The translations under genes were made by a program, and so were the position numbers. Shown here one piece after another: positions 62,957-64,000 of a DNA stretch of 64,000 nucleotides; position 1 is the stretch's first letter, and each line of letters opens with the position of its first letter. Under the pieces are notes generated by a model. It did not search any database. It was not told the origin of the DNA and saw only the letters and a list, made by a program, of their open reading frames with translations. Source of the DNA: Lingula anatina. Lineage: Eukaryota; Animalia; Brachiopoda. The stretch lies in contig CM120641.1 in the NCBI GenBank assembly GCA_051362555.1, positions 34,292,401 to 34,356,400 of the forward strand, given 5' to 3'.

Positions 62957-64000
62957 AAAAATCTTTAACATGACAGATTTCTACATAAATCAAAGATAAT
63001 ATGAAAAACTTGTTCGATGTTTCACGTAATTGCCAATTTTATATATAAATTTATACGATTTAACCTATATGTCAATTCTACCTTGACCTGAATGCGCACT
63101 TACCTCTGCATCATCAGCATGCATCCGGATCCCATTCCTGCCCACAAAGATGTCATCAACATCCAGAAGTATGTACCTTTCTAGAGGCAGGCTAAGCTTG
63201 CCATGGGAGAGGTAGGATAAACTATCCAAAAATAAAAGCCTGTGTAGCCAGAACTTAAACCCATTCCCAAAGAAAACTCTCTGTATTCCATCGCAGAGCC
63301 CCAGATCTTGTAGAACAACCACCTGCTTCACGTCCTCCCCAACGCTGTCATAGGAATAATGGTCTGTCATACGAATGCTAGCATAAGCCAGAGGTTGGTA
63401 AGTTGAATGATTGGCGATAAATACTGTCCAGTCCTCGTCTGGCAGATCCCCCTGCCACGTCTCTCCAGCTCGTGTTAAACGCAGAATGTTAGAGTGCGGG
63501 TTTATTTTGTAGTCTTTTAAAACTAGGTTTGTGTGTATGTACAACTGGAACCCTTCCACCTGAGAGCTGAGAATACCATCTTCTTTGGAAGGTGCAAAGA
63601 TGATCATACCCACGTGGTATTCTTTACAATACTTGTCCAAGAGCTGGCGATTCCACTTGTCCATGTTGGTGTAGGCCTCCAAGTTCTCAAAGACAATCAC
63701 TCCAAACTTGCCTTTGTCCATATGTGTCAGATAAGGCAAGGACTTCCCTGTGGGCTCCACACGGAATTTTATTCTGGCTGCCTCCAAGATGGCCACAATT
63801 TCCTGACCAAGCCGTGAATATTGTGTTTCCACAAGAACTAAGACGTGGTTGTTGATCCTCATTTTGGCGTCAGAGTCATGGTCCCTGGGGGGGATGCCTA
63901 TGTCATCTCTGTAGATGCTCTGTGCACGGCCCTGGCACTCCAGGTACGGCACAGGGGGAGAGTTTCTTTCGCCAGCACTTTTGCTGTTGCTGAAGGGGGC
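52665..64000 (-). CDS. NDST: Bifunctional heparan sulfate N-deacetylase/N-sulfotransferase (5' end outside the window)
   Basis: Exons 63104 to >64000, 62731-62857, 60287-60399, 57312-57497, 56868-56996, 56039-56221, 55658-55754, 54797-54920, 54218-54401, 53789-53959, 53311-53420, 52665-52887. Motifs [59 protein letters not shown], 5'-[24 protein letters not shown], 3'-[21 protein letters not shown]. Confidence 0.98.
54998..55142. mobile_element. 145-bp Harbinger-like MITE in an NDST intron
   Basis: TIR GGC(T/C)C(T/C)GTAACTC(G/A)AAAGCATCGC at both ends; CAG duplicated on the flanks (54995-54997, 55143-55145); CpG-rich. Confidence 0.8.
59197..59270. repeat. Poly(A)-rich tract in an NDST intron
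   Basis: About 74 nt, almost all A. Confidence 0.9.

Overview
AT-rich, intron-rich animal genomic DNA, probably an invertebrate (a mollusc or other lophotrochozoan is my guess only). On the minus strand, read right to left: the 3' 12 coding exons of an NDST heparan-sulfate N-deacetylase/N-sulfotransferase (52665 to >64000); PDRG1 (CDS 40343-41859), whose probable first intron carries an intact, very young 6162-bp BEL/Pao LTR retrotransposon (42056-48217, 319-bp LTRs identical by eye, CAGTC target duplication); an unrecognised 7-exon gene (29225-34415) with SxIP motifs, 55-aa tandem repeats and an apparent 1-bp frameshift; and the first 32 coding exons of a VPS13A/C-like gene (27385 to <230). 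There is also a candidate small plus-strand gene for a Cys-containing peptide (36756-37122), several MITE families and mini/microsatellites. The main observation concerns the retrotransposon's priming signals. It has no tRNA primer-binding site. Instead, a duplicated leader motif is complementary to the LTR RNA itself, one copy matching the spliced and one the unspliced form of an intron-like segment in the LTR. Separately, tRNA-Asp 3'-end-like sequences (…GGAGCCA) lie in sense orientation at the PPT position and at the end of the ORF. This suggests a self-primed minus strand and possibly a tRNA-primed plus strand. All alignments and translations were done by eye, with no database searches.
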